Shown here: positions 1 to 16,358 of the stretch, one piece after another | Layout of the letters: each line of letters starts with the position of its first letter | Numbering within the stretch: the first letter of the stretch is position 1 | DNA from: the human T2T-CHM13v2.0 reference genome, Homo sapiens | Length of the DNA: 64,000 nt | Assembly (NCBI RefSeq): GCF_009914755.1 | Contig: NC_060939.1 | Strand: one strand, 5' to 3' | Program-made: the position numbers and the translations under genes | The notes under the pieces: model-generated | Told to the model about the DNA's origin: nothing | Databases searched by the model: none | The model's input: only the letters and a program-made list of their open reading frames with translations

Positions 1-2510
1 CCTAAAAACAGTAGGGTCTTGTCTGGCTCTTCTTGTGAACAGTCCCTCAGCCCCGATTCCCCAAGTTCGACGATGCTAGCCTCACCCAGCTTCTCCCTCT
101 CCCCTCTCAGTAACTCAGCCTTAAGAGGAAGCTCCTCACCAGGGATCCGGAGCTACCATTCACCATCCCCTAGGGCTTCTCCACACTCACCTCTGTCATC
201 CCCAGAATCCCACAAGCTCCCATTTCCCTGTCCTCACCACGATGGGCAATCAATGAAGCCATTGGGCTCTCCCATGTCATCCTCTGATTATTCTTCAGAG
301 TCACTGCGTTCATCAATAATGTACCACATGTTCTTACTGCCATCACCCAGCAGCTCTCCCCCAGCTCTCAGGGAGTCTCCTCTGTCTCCCAGCTACTCTC
401 CAAACAACCCCAGATTTCAACTGGAGTCAGCGTCCCACATCCAGGATCACCTACAAACTCATGAGCCTCACGGTGCTCCTCCCCTATGTCTTTCATCTCT
501 TCACCCCCAGGCCTCAGGGACTCTCCTGTGGCTCCCAGTTACTCTCCAGCCATCCCCAGGTTCCTGCGGGAGTCAGCCCCATGCACCCAGGAGTCCCCCA
601 GAGACCCACAGTCTTGGGAGAATATGAGCGATCACCCAGCCCTGACTCCTCAAGATTCATGCCTGCCTCACCCAGCATCTCCCTCTCCCCTCCCAGAAAC
701 TCATACCCAAGGGGCAGCTCGTCACCAGGGATGTGGAAGTACTCTACATCATCTCACAGGGCTTCACCACTTTCACCTCCGTCATCGACAGAATTTCACA
801 ACTTTACGTTTCCCTTTCATAACCAATCACTACAATCACTCATGTCATTGTGTTCTCCCGTGTCCTCCTCTGGAGATTCTTCACAGTCACCTCGTTCATC
901 AATAATATACCATATGTTCTTACTGCCATCAACCAGCAGCTCACCCCCACCCATCAATGACTCTCCTTTCTGTCCCAGCTACTCTCCAACTATGTCCAGT
1001 TTTCAGCGGTTGTATGTCTCCCACACCCCAGAAACACCTAGAAAGTCAGAGACCTCAGTGAGATCCTCGCCAGTCTCTCTCACGTCTTCACCACCAGCCC
1101 TTACGAACCCTCCTGTCTGTCCCAGCTACTCTCCAACCATGCCCACATTTCAGCCCCAGTCAGTTCCAGGATCCCAGGGATCACCACCAAGCTCCCCACT
1201 TTCACTGTGTTACTCCCCAGTCTCTACCACGTGTTTATATCCAAACCTCTGGAAATCTCCTGTCTGTCCCAGCTACTTTCCAACCTCGCCTACATTTCAG
1301 CAGGAGTCCGTTGCAGGCACTGAGAAATCACCACCAAACTCACCAATTTCACTGCGTTACTCCCCAGTTTCTCTCATGTCTTCACCATCCCTCAGGGACT
1401 CTCCTTTCTATCCCAGCTACTCTCCACCCACGCCCAGATTTCAGCTGGAGTCAGTTCCAGGCACCCCGGAATCACCACCAAACTCACCTATTTCATTCAA
1501 TTTCTTCCCAGTCTCTCTCATGTCTTCACCCCCAGCCCCCTGGGACTCTCCTGTCTGTCCCAGCTACTCTACCACCAAGCCCAGATTTCAGCGGGACTCA
1601 GCCTCCTACACTCCGGAATCACCTACAGACTCACAAACCTCACTGGGGTCCTCCCTTGTCTCCCTCAGGTCTTTGCCCTCAGCCCACAGGGACTTCTGTG
1701 TCTCTTTCAGCTACTCTGAATACTTTTCTAGATTCCAGCTGGAGTCAGTTCCAGGCACCCACGACACACCACCAATCTCACCCATATCACTGACTCATGT
1801 TTTCACCCCCAGCCCTCAAGGACTCTTCTGTCTCTCTCACCTACTCTCCAACCATCTCCAGATATCAGCTGGAGTCAACTTCCCACACCCAGGAGTCACC
1901 TAGAAACTCACAGAACTTACTGCCACCCTTCCCCATTTCTTTTACCTCTTCACCCCTAACCTTCAGGGACTCTACTCTGTCTCCCAGCTTCTCTCCAGCC
2001 TTCCCCAGATTTCTGCAACCGTCAGCCCCAGGCACCCAGGAGAACCCTAAAAACTCACAGGCCTCACACTACTATTTCCCTATGACATGTATCTATACAG
2101 TGATGGCTCTCACGTAGCCCTCAGTGACCCCAAACCCATCTCCACTTACACTCAGACACTCCCAGGCCTATCAGCTACTCCCCATTATTGTCCTTCAGTT
2201 CGAAGCCCTGGCCAATCCACTAGCGTCAATGAAGCAGTTTCCTGACCATTTCTCCACTTTTCTGATGAGGGCTCCACACGCAGCCACTGAAGATTCCCTC
2301 CTGCATTCCTTCCTGACACACAGGCCTGTCCATCTACTTGCTACTCTCACACTCTTGCCAGCAGAAGGGGCTCCTCTAATGGCCCATATCACCACATAGG
2401 CTATTGTCACCCCACAGCTGTGTAGCACGACCTTCCTGCTTGCCGACGTGGCTTCCAGTGCCCATGCTGACAGGAACCTCTACCATGTTGGCATCCCTGT
2501 GGGTGACACT
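1..2510 (+). pseudogene. Frameshifted Ser/Pro-rich tandem-repeat protein gene remnant (49-aa units containing CPSYSPT); may extend upstream of the window
   Basis: The same peptide (SSPPALRDSPVCPSYSPTTPRFQLES...) continues across ORFs 19..627, 486..905, 461..1903 and 1797..2117 in different frames, implying at least 3 frameshifts. The anchor cccagctact or a close variant recurs at ~388, 533, 974, 1121, 1268, 1412, 1559, ~1706 and ~1983 (period ~147 bp). AATAAA at 2750-2755. Resembles the uncharacterised human 'ENSP00000383309'-type sequence (from memory, unverified). Confidence 0.7.
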
Positions 2511-2759
2511 ACCGGTGTGACATTGCTAGATTGACCCTCCTACCTGGCAGTGACACTGTTGATGTGAGCCCCCATTTTCAGGTCTGTGATTTGTAAATAG
2601 GGCCATTTTCCCTTTTCTTTCTTTCTTCCATTCACAGGGCTTTTCATTCTCTCTGTTTCTGTCTCCATTTCAGATATTTACTCACCCCTTTTCTCTTTTC
2701 CCTATGTCTCCCGTGGTCTTAATGAGAGTGTGCCACATAAGATTCCCCCAATAAAAGTG

Positions 2760-3030
2760 ATGAATTGAGTGGCTTTTAGTATACTTGTTGTTGTGCATAT
2801 TCAATTTTAATTCACAATCCATTTTAAACCATTATATCATCCCCTAGCAGAGAAAACCCTGTAAGAATTAATCATTCCTCATTCTGTCTCAAACCCTCTC
2901 CCCGATGCTCAGCCCTAGGTAACAACTACATAGAGTGCTCAAACCTATCTCCATAGATTTGCATGTTGTGGACATTTCCTATAAACAGAATTATACAGTA
3001 TGAAAGCTTTTATGACTGACTTTACACTTA
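2760..3030 (-). mobile_element. Old L1M 3'-end fragment
   Basis: Resembles antisense L1M 3' UTR (tggcttttagtat...atctccatagatttgcatgttgtggacatttcctataaacagaattatacagta). Confidence 0.55.
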
Positions 3031-3379
3031 TCAGAATATTTTCAAAGTTCATCCACATTGTAGCGTTATCCACAGTGAGAAACCATTTTTTTTTTGTTTT
3101 AGTAACACCAGGTGTTTTCTCCTGGCTTCCTTCCTTCCTCCTATTTCTCTCTTACTCCTTCTGCCCTCTGTGTTTTATATTCCTTAGGTGCATCCTACTT
3201 TCTGTGTTTTTTTGGGAAATCCTCGACAGTTGCAGGAAAATTGTGTTATTGTTTTTGTTTACTGGTATCTCTCTTTCATGGTTCTCCATCAATTGTAAAC
3301 ATCTATTGGTTTCTCCCAAGTCACTCAGAATGTTTTAATTAGGTACACCTGTTTTTCTTTATATATCTCTTTCTGGAGT

Positions 3380-3495
3380 ATAGGGTTACATACTGATGAA
3401 CCCAGTGTAACTCAAGAACGCATCTAATATCCCAATAAACCCATCGTAATGTTGAAAAATCATAAATAAAACCATCATAAGTCAGGGTTTGTCCG
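3380..3495. mobile_element. Tigger4/MER46-like DNA transposon fragment
   Basis: cccaataaacccatcgtaatgttgaaaaatcata...cataagtcaggg resembles the Tigger4 terminal region as I recall it. Confidence 0.45.
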
Positions 3496-6199
3496 TGGTT
3501 ATGGGTTTCATCATTTCTGTTGTAATCATTAATGCCGTACACCTTTAAAAATGGCATAGTGGTAGGGAAGGGATAAACCTAGCATTTTAAAATTCAGTTG
3601 TTGCAGGGATCCCACATAATATTTTGTCATTTATATGAGGGTGGATGAGGGCTGAAATTTCATCTTGGGTCTTGGAACAGATTCATGGAACAGATTCTTG
3701 GAACAGATTCATTTTAAAGCGATTGGTCCTCAGTTCTGCAAATTAAGAAACTCCAATTTATTGATTCCCCAGGGTAATGAGAAAATGTATTGAGTGATAT
3801 ATAACAGCCACCACATTCACAGGAAATGCTGTCCTGGATCAAAAACTGACCTGGTCATTGAATTATGATAGAGAACTCATAAAAATTCCATGGAGAAAGT
3901 GATATTCAAGTTGGGTCATGAATTCTGAGTAAAAGTTTAAAAACAAAGGAGAGGATAGCCTTACAGAGATAACAATAGCAACAAAGTCACAGACTTGTGG
4001 AAATGGAAGACCGCGCTGGAAATTAGGACAGTTCATATTCAAGCAAAAAGGGTTGGGTTTTGAACAAATACCTTGAAGCTTTGGATGCCTTGGAGCCCTT
4101 GACAGTTTTTGAGAATGTATCAAAACAATTAAATAGTCTATTTGGAAGTGAGAGCCCTGGTACTTCTAGGATGTAATTTTTGATCAATAATGAGAATGGA
4201 GTAATAAAGAAATGTGTTATCACTCTAATTGACAACTCTCGTTATGGCACAGAAAAAGATATGTCTATCTTGGCAACAGAATTGTATCCCAGAAAATATC
4301 TAATATATAATATATATATTAATGTAGTAAGTGATCAAAATAGTATTTCAATCTATATGGAAAGAAAAAATTTTTCAGGAAATATTGTTGACAAAACTCG
4401 ACAAACAATTGGAGAATCAGAAAATAAGATCTTCCTTTCATACCACACACAGGGATTAAAAACAATAGAAGCATTAGAAGTGAATATAGACATGTGTTTA
4501 TTGGGAGTCAGGGAAAGGAAAGTCTTTATGATCCTACAGGAAAATACACAATCCAGAATAAAAACACAGATAAATTTTGACAAATCAAGGTGTTTTTAAT
4601 TTAAACTTCTTTACCGTATAACATTTCAAACTGGGGAATAATTAATCATTTATAACAGAGTCAATACCATTAATTTAGACAGAATTTAAAATAAATGAAT
4701 GAAGAAAGTGGGCAAAGGATATAAACAGAAAATTCACCACCATTGTTATATCAACGTCTGTTCAACATTTCCATGATCAACGAAATGCAGTCAATAATAA
4801 GTCAGCATGTTCAGTCTACCAAATCGTGATAACATTAAGAAAATGATTATTTCTAGTTTAGCTACACTGAAATTGGAAGTAAAAGTTTACTGGAGGACAA
4901 GGTAGTATGGGATATAAAAACTAAATTATCCTAGGCAACCATTACAAATGATTTCATGATGTAGTGAAAATCTATCTACAATATACGACTTTTTGAGCAC
5001 TCTATTGCCTATTAAAAAACAGTAAAGTGTAAAAGACAGTTCTTTAGACAAATTGGGCCACGGAAATGCCAAATCATTAGTTTTGGTGTCTGTAACGCCT
5101 CACAAAGTTATAAACTTTTATGAATAATTTGCTAAGGAATTAGCTCTAATGACAGGTAGTTTATTTATATACCTTGATAACATCTACAGGTATCTTATGC
5201 ACATGACATTATAGAAATATTTGTTTGGGTTTTTCTCAACCAGTCATTTTCTACACCATAATTCCAGCTCAGCCCACTCCACTTGCAATTGCTTGCTCTC
5301 ATCTTCTAACTCCTGTTTATTCTTCTCAATTTCTGCTGTAATGGCTTCATTTAACCTGCTCCTCCGTATCTTGTATGCTTTTTAGTTCACTGCTTATTTC
5401 CTTCTTCCTGCTGGAAAACATGGCTAAATAACTTGTATTAATATTTTAGCCTCATTTAGCTTCAAGATTATCTCATAAGGATATCTGAGCACCCTTCTTC
5501 CCATTGTTATGACAATTGAAGCCTTTTTAAATTCCTGTCCTAGGAGAAGTTGCTCAAAATTTGCCATACATCTATGATGTTTTAATTAATACTGACCTCT
5601 GAATGATCTAGAAAATAATGGTAAACCATGTACACATATTTGTGTGTGCGCATGTGTGCATGTATCCATAGCATCTGTGTGTGTGTACATTTTATAGATT
5701 TTTGTCTTTGTATGAAGAAATATACTGAATATCCAAATAATCATAATTTCTATACAAGTGAGGTATGTGGCTTAAAATCTAGTGAACAAAATATAACTAT
5801 ACATTCATGATTTGGAAAACTTTTAACATGATTTTGAGGAATTACTCAATTGTTAATTGTTTCTGCCTTCTCTAACAAAATGACTAATATTTGGACTGAA
5901 AAGAAAAAAAGAAAACCTCGGTAAGTGGAATTTCTGTGGGTGGTAGCTCTGGAATATCCCACCAAGAGAATGAATCCGATTAAAATAATGACTGTAGAAA
6001 TTTCCTTGTTAGTGAATATTCAGCCTGGCCTTAAGGAAAATGTAGCTCTCTCTTACTGCTTTGTATCTTATTTCTTTTACTATGTCAATTCTCACCTTAG
6101 TAGAACTACTACTAGTTCTAGTACCATGGCTGTCATAGATGCAACCATTATATTCCATTTAGTTTCTTCCTCAGGTTCCCTAACAATTGTTTGAAACTG

Positions 6200-6380
6200 A
6201 ATATATATGTTTATGTATGTGTGTGTGTTCACTGTCATGTATATGGTGTATATGGGATGTGTGCAGTTTTCAGTTATATATATATTCATATATACATATG
6301 CATATATATGTATAATATACATATATACATGCATACACTTGTATAATATACATATATATACACATATATGCACACATATA
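6200..6380. repeat. Degenerate (TA/TG/CA)n low-complexity tract
   Basis: Alternating purine-pyrimidine sequence directly visible. Confidence 0.85.
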
Positions 6381-8209
6381 ATCACTGAGTTCCAAAGTGA
6401 GTCTTTATTTGGGGCAATTGTATTCTCTCCCCTCTGTCTGCTCACTGGCCTTTGCAAGACATAGCAATTGCTTGATTTTCCTTTGGATAAGAGTCTTATC
6501 TTCGGCACTCTTGACTCTAGCCTTAACTTTAGATTTCTATTCCAGAATACCTCTCATATCTATCTTAAAACCTAAGATGGGTAAAGAGGTCATAAGATTT
6601 GTAGTATGAAAGAGTTTGCTTAGTTAAATTATATCTCAGGAAACTCATTCATCTACAAGTTAAATTGTAAAATGATTGTTTATTGTATCTGAAAAAATGT
6701 TTAGAACAAGAAATGTAACTGGGTAGCCTGTTATATCAAAGAACCCTCGATTTATTAATTCTCCTCATAGCCATATCCTTATATAGCCCTCTCTGACACT
6801 GACTTAATAGACACTTGATAAATGATAGTAAATTTAGGCTTGGCAAATTAAAATGGCACCAATGCCAAGTGAGAACCTGATCTACTCTACCAGAGAGACT
6901 AAGTGGAGGAGAACCCAGCTGATAGCACCAGTGAACTGCCAGATATTTGAGTGATGTCACTTTGGACTATGTAGGCCTTGTCAGTGATATAAGGCAACCT
7001 AGGCAAGACTCCAAATATTTTCCTCCGGAGCCCAACCAAAGTTAACAAATTGTGAGTATGTGTTTTCAGCAACTAAGTTTGATGACTGCTAATTACACAG
7101 CAATGGCTAATTGAAATAACAACTAAAAATTAAAGATGAGATAATGAATTGTGTTTAAAAATTTAGCAAGTGAGTACTTCATGAATATATTTACCTTGAT
7201 GGCATTACAAGCTAAGTTTTACTGGGCTTTATTAGAACAAATTATTTGAGCATTGAAGAGAAAGTGAACTTTCAAACTATCTTATTTACGTTTATGTTTC
7301 AGTTATCCCACAAAAGCAGGAAATCACTTTCAACAATGCACCTGAGATATTTTACAGTAACTCTCTGGTTATTTCCAAGTATCAGGTGGAGAAATATGGA
7401 TCAGACACAAAGACAATAAGGTTCATTGCTCTCTAGCTGAATACTTTTTCTTAAATAGGTTTATTAGTAAATTGATGACAACTTGATTTGATGTTTACTC
7501 TGATGTGTGATGTAAAGTTCTTCCTAAAGCCCCCTTTCTTTTCCTTTTTAAAATTATTAATGTAGACTATTACAGAGAATGTGAACATATTAGATATATA
7601 GATATCACAACAGGAGAACAGTCAATGTTATGTTTTAGACTATTTCAACCCTAAAATGTGGACACAGGTTGGAATGAGGATCCATTTCAGCATAATAGCC
7701 TCTAATGGAGTGGGGAACATATAAAATCCTGTGTTGCTTTATGAAATGTTGCTTATTTGCTTCATGTTTTTAAAAAGTATCAGTTTTATTTAATAGTGGG
7801 ATCTTTATGTCAGGGATTACTGATGTTTCCAGCAAGCTAATTCGTACCAGGGAGACAATGTAAACATTTAGAAAGGGGATTATATTTCTGTTCTATCTGC
7901 ATATGTCAGATGACAATGAGAGTTTCAAAGTACAATCCTATGAAAGGTTGTATTGTAGATTTGGCCTAGAAGCCCAAAGCCATTAAATTTTTATCAAAAT
8001 TATACCTGAAAATTCTTCATGTTGTTCATTAGCAGTCATTATCTTTACAAAGATATAGGAAATAAAGTGATTTCCATCTGTTGCAATCTCTTGCCTTTTA
8101 CAATAGACAAAATTGTTATTTTCATTAGGTTTCACAAAAGGAATGATATATAAATTATTAAAAGGCATGTTAAGTTCTTTCACCAGAGAAATTTAGATTA
8201 TTCTTGCAT

Positions 8210-10540
<2,331 letters not shown>

Positions 10541-12489
10541 ACTAGTTTGTTGAGTTCATTTAGGATATAAGTTGTAAGAAATATTGCACCAGACAATTTA
10601 TTTTCTGAGATGAGCTCAAGTAAGTATGAGCACAGTATCAGGAATGACATTCATTTGTTCCCAGCTGTCTCTAGGCATTTTGCACTCTTGAAAAATACTA
10701 AGTTCCCTGGACCTGAAGAGATTCATGTATCAGTAAGAATGTGAGCCCCTTGAGTGTTCAATGTCCCTTCAAACCTTAGAAACTGTAAGTCAATGATGGT
10801 GATTATCACATCACAAGAGTATAGTTAGCTTCTTTTAAAAGATATAAAAGACCCCTCTGAGTTAGCCCTGGACACATATTTCTCCAACTGCCTGAATAAA
10901 TGTTTAGCGATCCATACAGAATTACTCTCAATTAGATTTAGAGAAAACATTCTCTCTTTGAAGAACACTGGAATTGAGGAAAATATGGTAGAGCATATAG
11001 GTTATTTTGCCTTTGTTACTTTGTAGACCTTAAATCATGGAGTGTGTTAGAACACAGTATATTTGTGACAACCATGACAGTTCAGAGAAACGCAGTGACG
11101 TCATTTACTCTGAAACTGAAAGACACTAATCTCTGCTCTGAGACCCACAAAATCAGATTGTTTGTTTTACCTGCATGATTTCTATTCCTCCCATCTTGTT
11201 GTTCTTTTTATAAAACACCTTTGCTAAATAATAAAGTTATTACTCTAAGGTAGTGTCCAGGTCTCTTTGATAATAATGAAACGTCCATGGCCAAATCCCA
11301 TTGCTCTGTTTTGACAGTGTGCTCCAAGAAAATTACTTTGATATGCCCTCTCATATTAGAATAAATACATTATACATGCCTATTGCCTACATCAAGTTTT
11401 GAATTGTACCACTTTCAGGTTTAACCTGGCCATACAGCAGATTTTCTTAATGGTTGGTGAACACGGAATAATAGTTTATTCAGATAAACTATTTTGCAGA
11501 AACATTTAAAATCAGATATTGCAGAACTACTGAGTATCTGAACTTTAAAGGGACACTCTTAACCATATTTTGTTTTATTTAGTACTCACACTGACAAGTT
11601 GATTTACCACCTCATTTTCCCAACAAGTGTCAAGATTTCAATATGCAGTTAGTGGTTTCTAAAAACGTTGACTATTTAATTACATCCTTATAGTTTCCCA
11701 AAATTGCTTATAGTTTGCCCTCATTTAGTTAGGTCTATAATATTTCTCAATTAGTGTAAAAATTTCTATGCCTTTTTAATTATCAATGCATATAATGATG
11801 TATAAAAATTATTATGTAGATAGCTCCTGCAAGAAAACTTAAAATCAAGAGCTTTTAGCATCAAAGTATCAGAATACAAACTAAAGAAAACACACCAATT
11901 TGGAAAGATTTTCTTTAAATACATTAAAGTGAATAAAATGTTCACAGAGAATAACTCACATCTAAGGATACAGACGTTTTCTTAAAGTGAAACTATTTTT
12001 GGCTCACTCAGACTCTGGGTAGTGTTTCACTGATTTTGAATTTCACTGGTCAGAACCAGTGTTGGTAGTAAGAATTACTGTCCCAGAAGAGAATGGAAAT
12101 GCTTGCCAACTCTACTTTCAACCCTTGTTGGAATCCCTATGTTGTGGGTAGAGATATGACTAAATTAAGTAGTTTTAAGTCTAAGCCAGAAAGATTTAAT
12201 TATTGATTTATTGGTTTTACAATTGTTAAATATTGCCTTTAACCAAGTATATGTTTTATCATGTAATAATCACTTTGGCAACCTCATATGTCATGGGTTC
12301 ACAGGGTAAATGTTAAGGTAATAGCTAAACAATGGAGAGTAAGGAGATCTATAGTAAATGAAAAAAATTCCAGATGTAATACAGAGTCCAGTATGACAGA
12401 CTTGAGAAACTTTCAAAAACTAGGAAAAGAAAACCAAGTCATTCTTGCCATGTCTCTGACTGCACTGACTTGATGCAGAATTGGTGCAT

Positions 12490-12737
12490 TAACATATGTA
12501 TACATTACATACGTATACATATGCCATGCTGGTGTGCTGCACCCATTAACTCGACATTTAGCATTAGGCATATCTCTTAATGCTATCCCTCCCCCCGTCT
12601 CCCCACCCCAAATTAGTCCCCAGAGTGTGATGTTCCCCTTCCTGTGTCCGTGTGTTCTCATTGTTTAATTCCCACCTATGAGTGAGAACATGCGGTGTTT
12701 GGTTTTTTGTCCTTGGGATAGTTGACTGAGAATGATG
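12490..12737 (-). mobile_element. L1PA 3' UTR fragment truncated at both ends
   Basis: Antisense L1PA 3' UTR (gccatgctggtgtgctgcacccattaactc...cccacctatgagtgagaacatgcggtgtttgg); no poly(A) tail. Confidence 0.9.
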
Positions 12738-13322
12738 AATTAAAATAAAAATGCATGCACTTTCAAATGTAGTTAGTGCAACATATTGAACTTAAATTCC
12801 AGTTTTCCTGGAATTACTTGTGTCTTGAGCTAAAGGCTGTATTTGATATAACAGGGAAGGAAAGAAATTATTTTTCCTATAAAATTAGTTTAAAAACACA
12901 TATAATTAAACAAAATAAAAATATTATTCCATCTTTTAAAGAACATTTACTAATTCACAGATATTACCCGAAGTTTAGAAAGTCACCTAAGAACAATTGT
13001 TTAAAAATTATTTAGGGAAAATGAAGCAAAATTGTTGTTTCAATCTGAGATTTTAACAGCCAGTGCACTCCTGTTCCTCAGCTGAATATCCCCTTCATTC
13101 TGAATGTCTGCAGTAGTATTGAATTGGGGAGCAGTTAGATTCCAGGGACATATTCACTCCTGTTTTGTTCTCCCCCCAATCTCAGCCTTTCGGTGACTGT
13201 TTGGGCAAAGCCTCCCTTGTGGTAGAAGATGCCTCACTTCTGGGGAGAAGAGGCTCCTCATCTTGCAGACAAGAAGCAGCACCCACTGGTTCTTGCTCCA
13301 AAAGCCATTAACATTATAAACT

Positions 13323-13608
13323 GGCCAGGTGCGGTGGCTCAAACTTGTAATCCCAGCACCTTTTGGGAGGTTGAGGCAGAAGGATTGCTTGAGCCCAGGA
13401 GTTTGAGTACAGCCTTGGCAACAAAGTGAGACCTAATCTCTACAAAAACTAGAGAAAAAATAGCTGGGTGTGGTGGCACTCACATGTACTAAGGAGGCTG
13501 GACTGGGAGGATCTCTTGAGCCCAGGTGGTTGAGGCTGCAGTGAGCCAAGATCACACCTCTGCACTTGAGCTTGGGTGACAGAGTAAGACCCTATCTCAA
13601 AAAATAAA
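13323..13608 (+). mobile_element. AluJ
   Basis: Dimeric Alu with J-type aggattgcttgagcccaggagttt; TSD attataaact on both sides. Confidence 0.9.
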
Positions 13609-15510
13609 TTATAAACTGATTCACAGTAACTTTGGTTTTGTCACTAATACGCTGAATATTTTTGTTACAACTAATATGCAAAATGCAAACTGGCTATCAC
13701 TACCATTCTGATAATGGAATTAGCTCTCCTGCATACCTGATGACCTAATGCTTAACCTAATCTTCCTCTTTCCCACTTTGATTTGGAAACTTGTTACAAT
13801 AGAGTTCTTTACCTCAAAGTCTTAAGGAATTCAAGACAAGACTAGAGTATGTTAAGATACTACAAAAAAATGTACATAGCAAGAGCTTTCTTGAGTAAGC
13901 AAATTTTATACATATAAAAATAATTTACATGCAAATGACTAAGAGGAAATGTTAAGTGACTCTGGTGTAAATAATTAGTTTTCTGATTCTGCCAGAGCAT
14001 ATTAAGAAAAATTCACTTTGGCAAAATTATATGGATTTAAAGAAGTAACAAGTGGGTTTCTCTAAAGCACAGTTTGGCTTTTTACTAGAATATCAAGTCA
14101 CTTTTTTGGGTGAGAAGAGTACAATGGGAATGGGCAGCTGGTGAAAATAAACAATTAAAATTACTTAAAACTTCAACAAATGGGATCTGTATTTAAACCT
14201 GTTTTGGTCTATCTTCCCTTTGTTTTTTCTAACCCCAACAATGCAAACCTCAGCCACTGTCAAGGGCAATCTCAGACTGGAGGTTGCTGCCTAGGGTGAG
14301 GTTCTAGGAAGACTTACAAGCAGAGCTTGGGGAAATGTCTGCATGGGAAAACAGAGCCAGACTTAGAAGGCATTGCTGATGAATCCCATTTTCTTACTAC
14401 AGAAGAGCTAGCAAAAACTGCAATATGATGTGTAAAGTCAGTGTAATCTTATGGACATTATACCAAGTCACAACATGAGGCATGAGATACCTCAGATGTT
14501 GTTCCCTCTAAATCTCATGTTGAATTGTGATATCCCCAATGTTGGTGGTAGGTCTGGAGGGAGGTGATTGGATCATGGGGGTGGATTTCTCAGAAATGGT
14601 CTAGCATCCTGTCCCTGGTGCTGTCCTTGTGATAGTGAGTGAATTCTTTCAAGATCTATTTGTTTAAAAGTGTGTGGTGCTTTCCCTGCCTTGCCAGGTG
14701 ATGTGCCTGCCTGCTCCTTCTTCAACTTCTGCCATGAATAAAAGCCTCCTGAGGCCTCACCAGAAGGTAGGCAGATGCCAGAACCATGCTTGTACAGACT
14801 GCAGCTATAAAAACCTCTTTTCAAACCTATTTTCTTTATAAATTACCCAGTCTCAGGCATTTCTTTATAGCAATGTAAGAATGGCCTAATACAGAAAATT
14901 GGTACTGAGACACCGGGCATTGCTATAAAGATACTTGAAAATGTGGAAGTGACTTTGGAACTAGGTAATGGGCAGGAGTTGGAAGAGTTTGGAGGGCTCA
15001 GAATACAGGAAGATGAAGGAAAGTTCTGAATTTCTTAGAGACTAGTTAAATGGTTGTGACCAAAATGCTGATAGTGGTATGGACAGTGAAGGATAGGCTG
15101 ACGCAGTCTCAGATGGAATTGAGGAACTTACTGGGACTTGGAATAAAGGTCATGCCTGTTATGCCTTTGCAAATAACTTGGCTGCAGTCTTTTCATGTAC
15201 TAGGGATCTGAGGAAGTTTGAACACTCAGACGCAGGAGCAAAAAAATGACTTAAAGTTGGAATTTACAATTAAATGGGAAGCAGACCATACAAGTATAGA
15301 AAATTTGCAGCCTGCCCATTTGGCAAAGGAAGATAAAGCATTTTCAGGGGAAGAATCTAAACAGGCTGTGGAGCAACCACTTATTAGAGACATTTGCATA
15401 ACTGAAAAAGCTAGGTGCTGATAGCCAAGACAATTAAAAAAAGGCCTTGAAGGCATTTCAGAAATCTTTGCAGCAGCTCATCCCAGCACAGAACTAGAGG
15501 TCTAGGATAA

Positions 15511-16358
<848 letters not shown>

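Noticed and set aside
461-1903. 480-aa ORF as an intact CDS
   Set aside because: Its first ~50 and last ~35 residues are out of frame with the repeat peptide, which continues in other frames on both sides.
3671-3710. 13-bp triple tandem (tggaacagattc) and a 20-bp doublet at ~23054-23093
   Set aside because: Ordinary local slippage duplications with no further structure.
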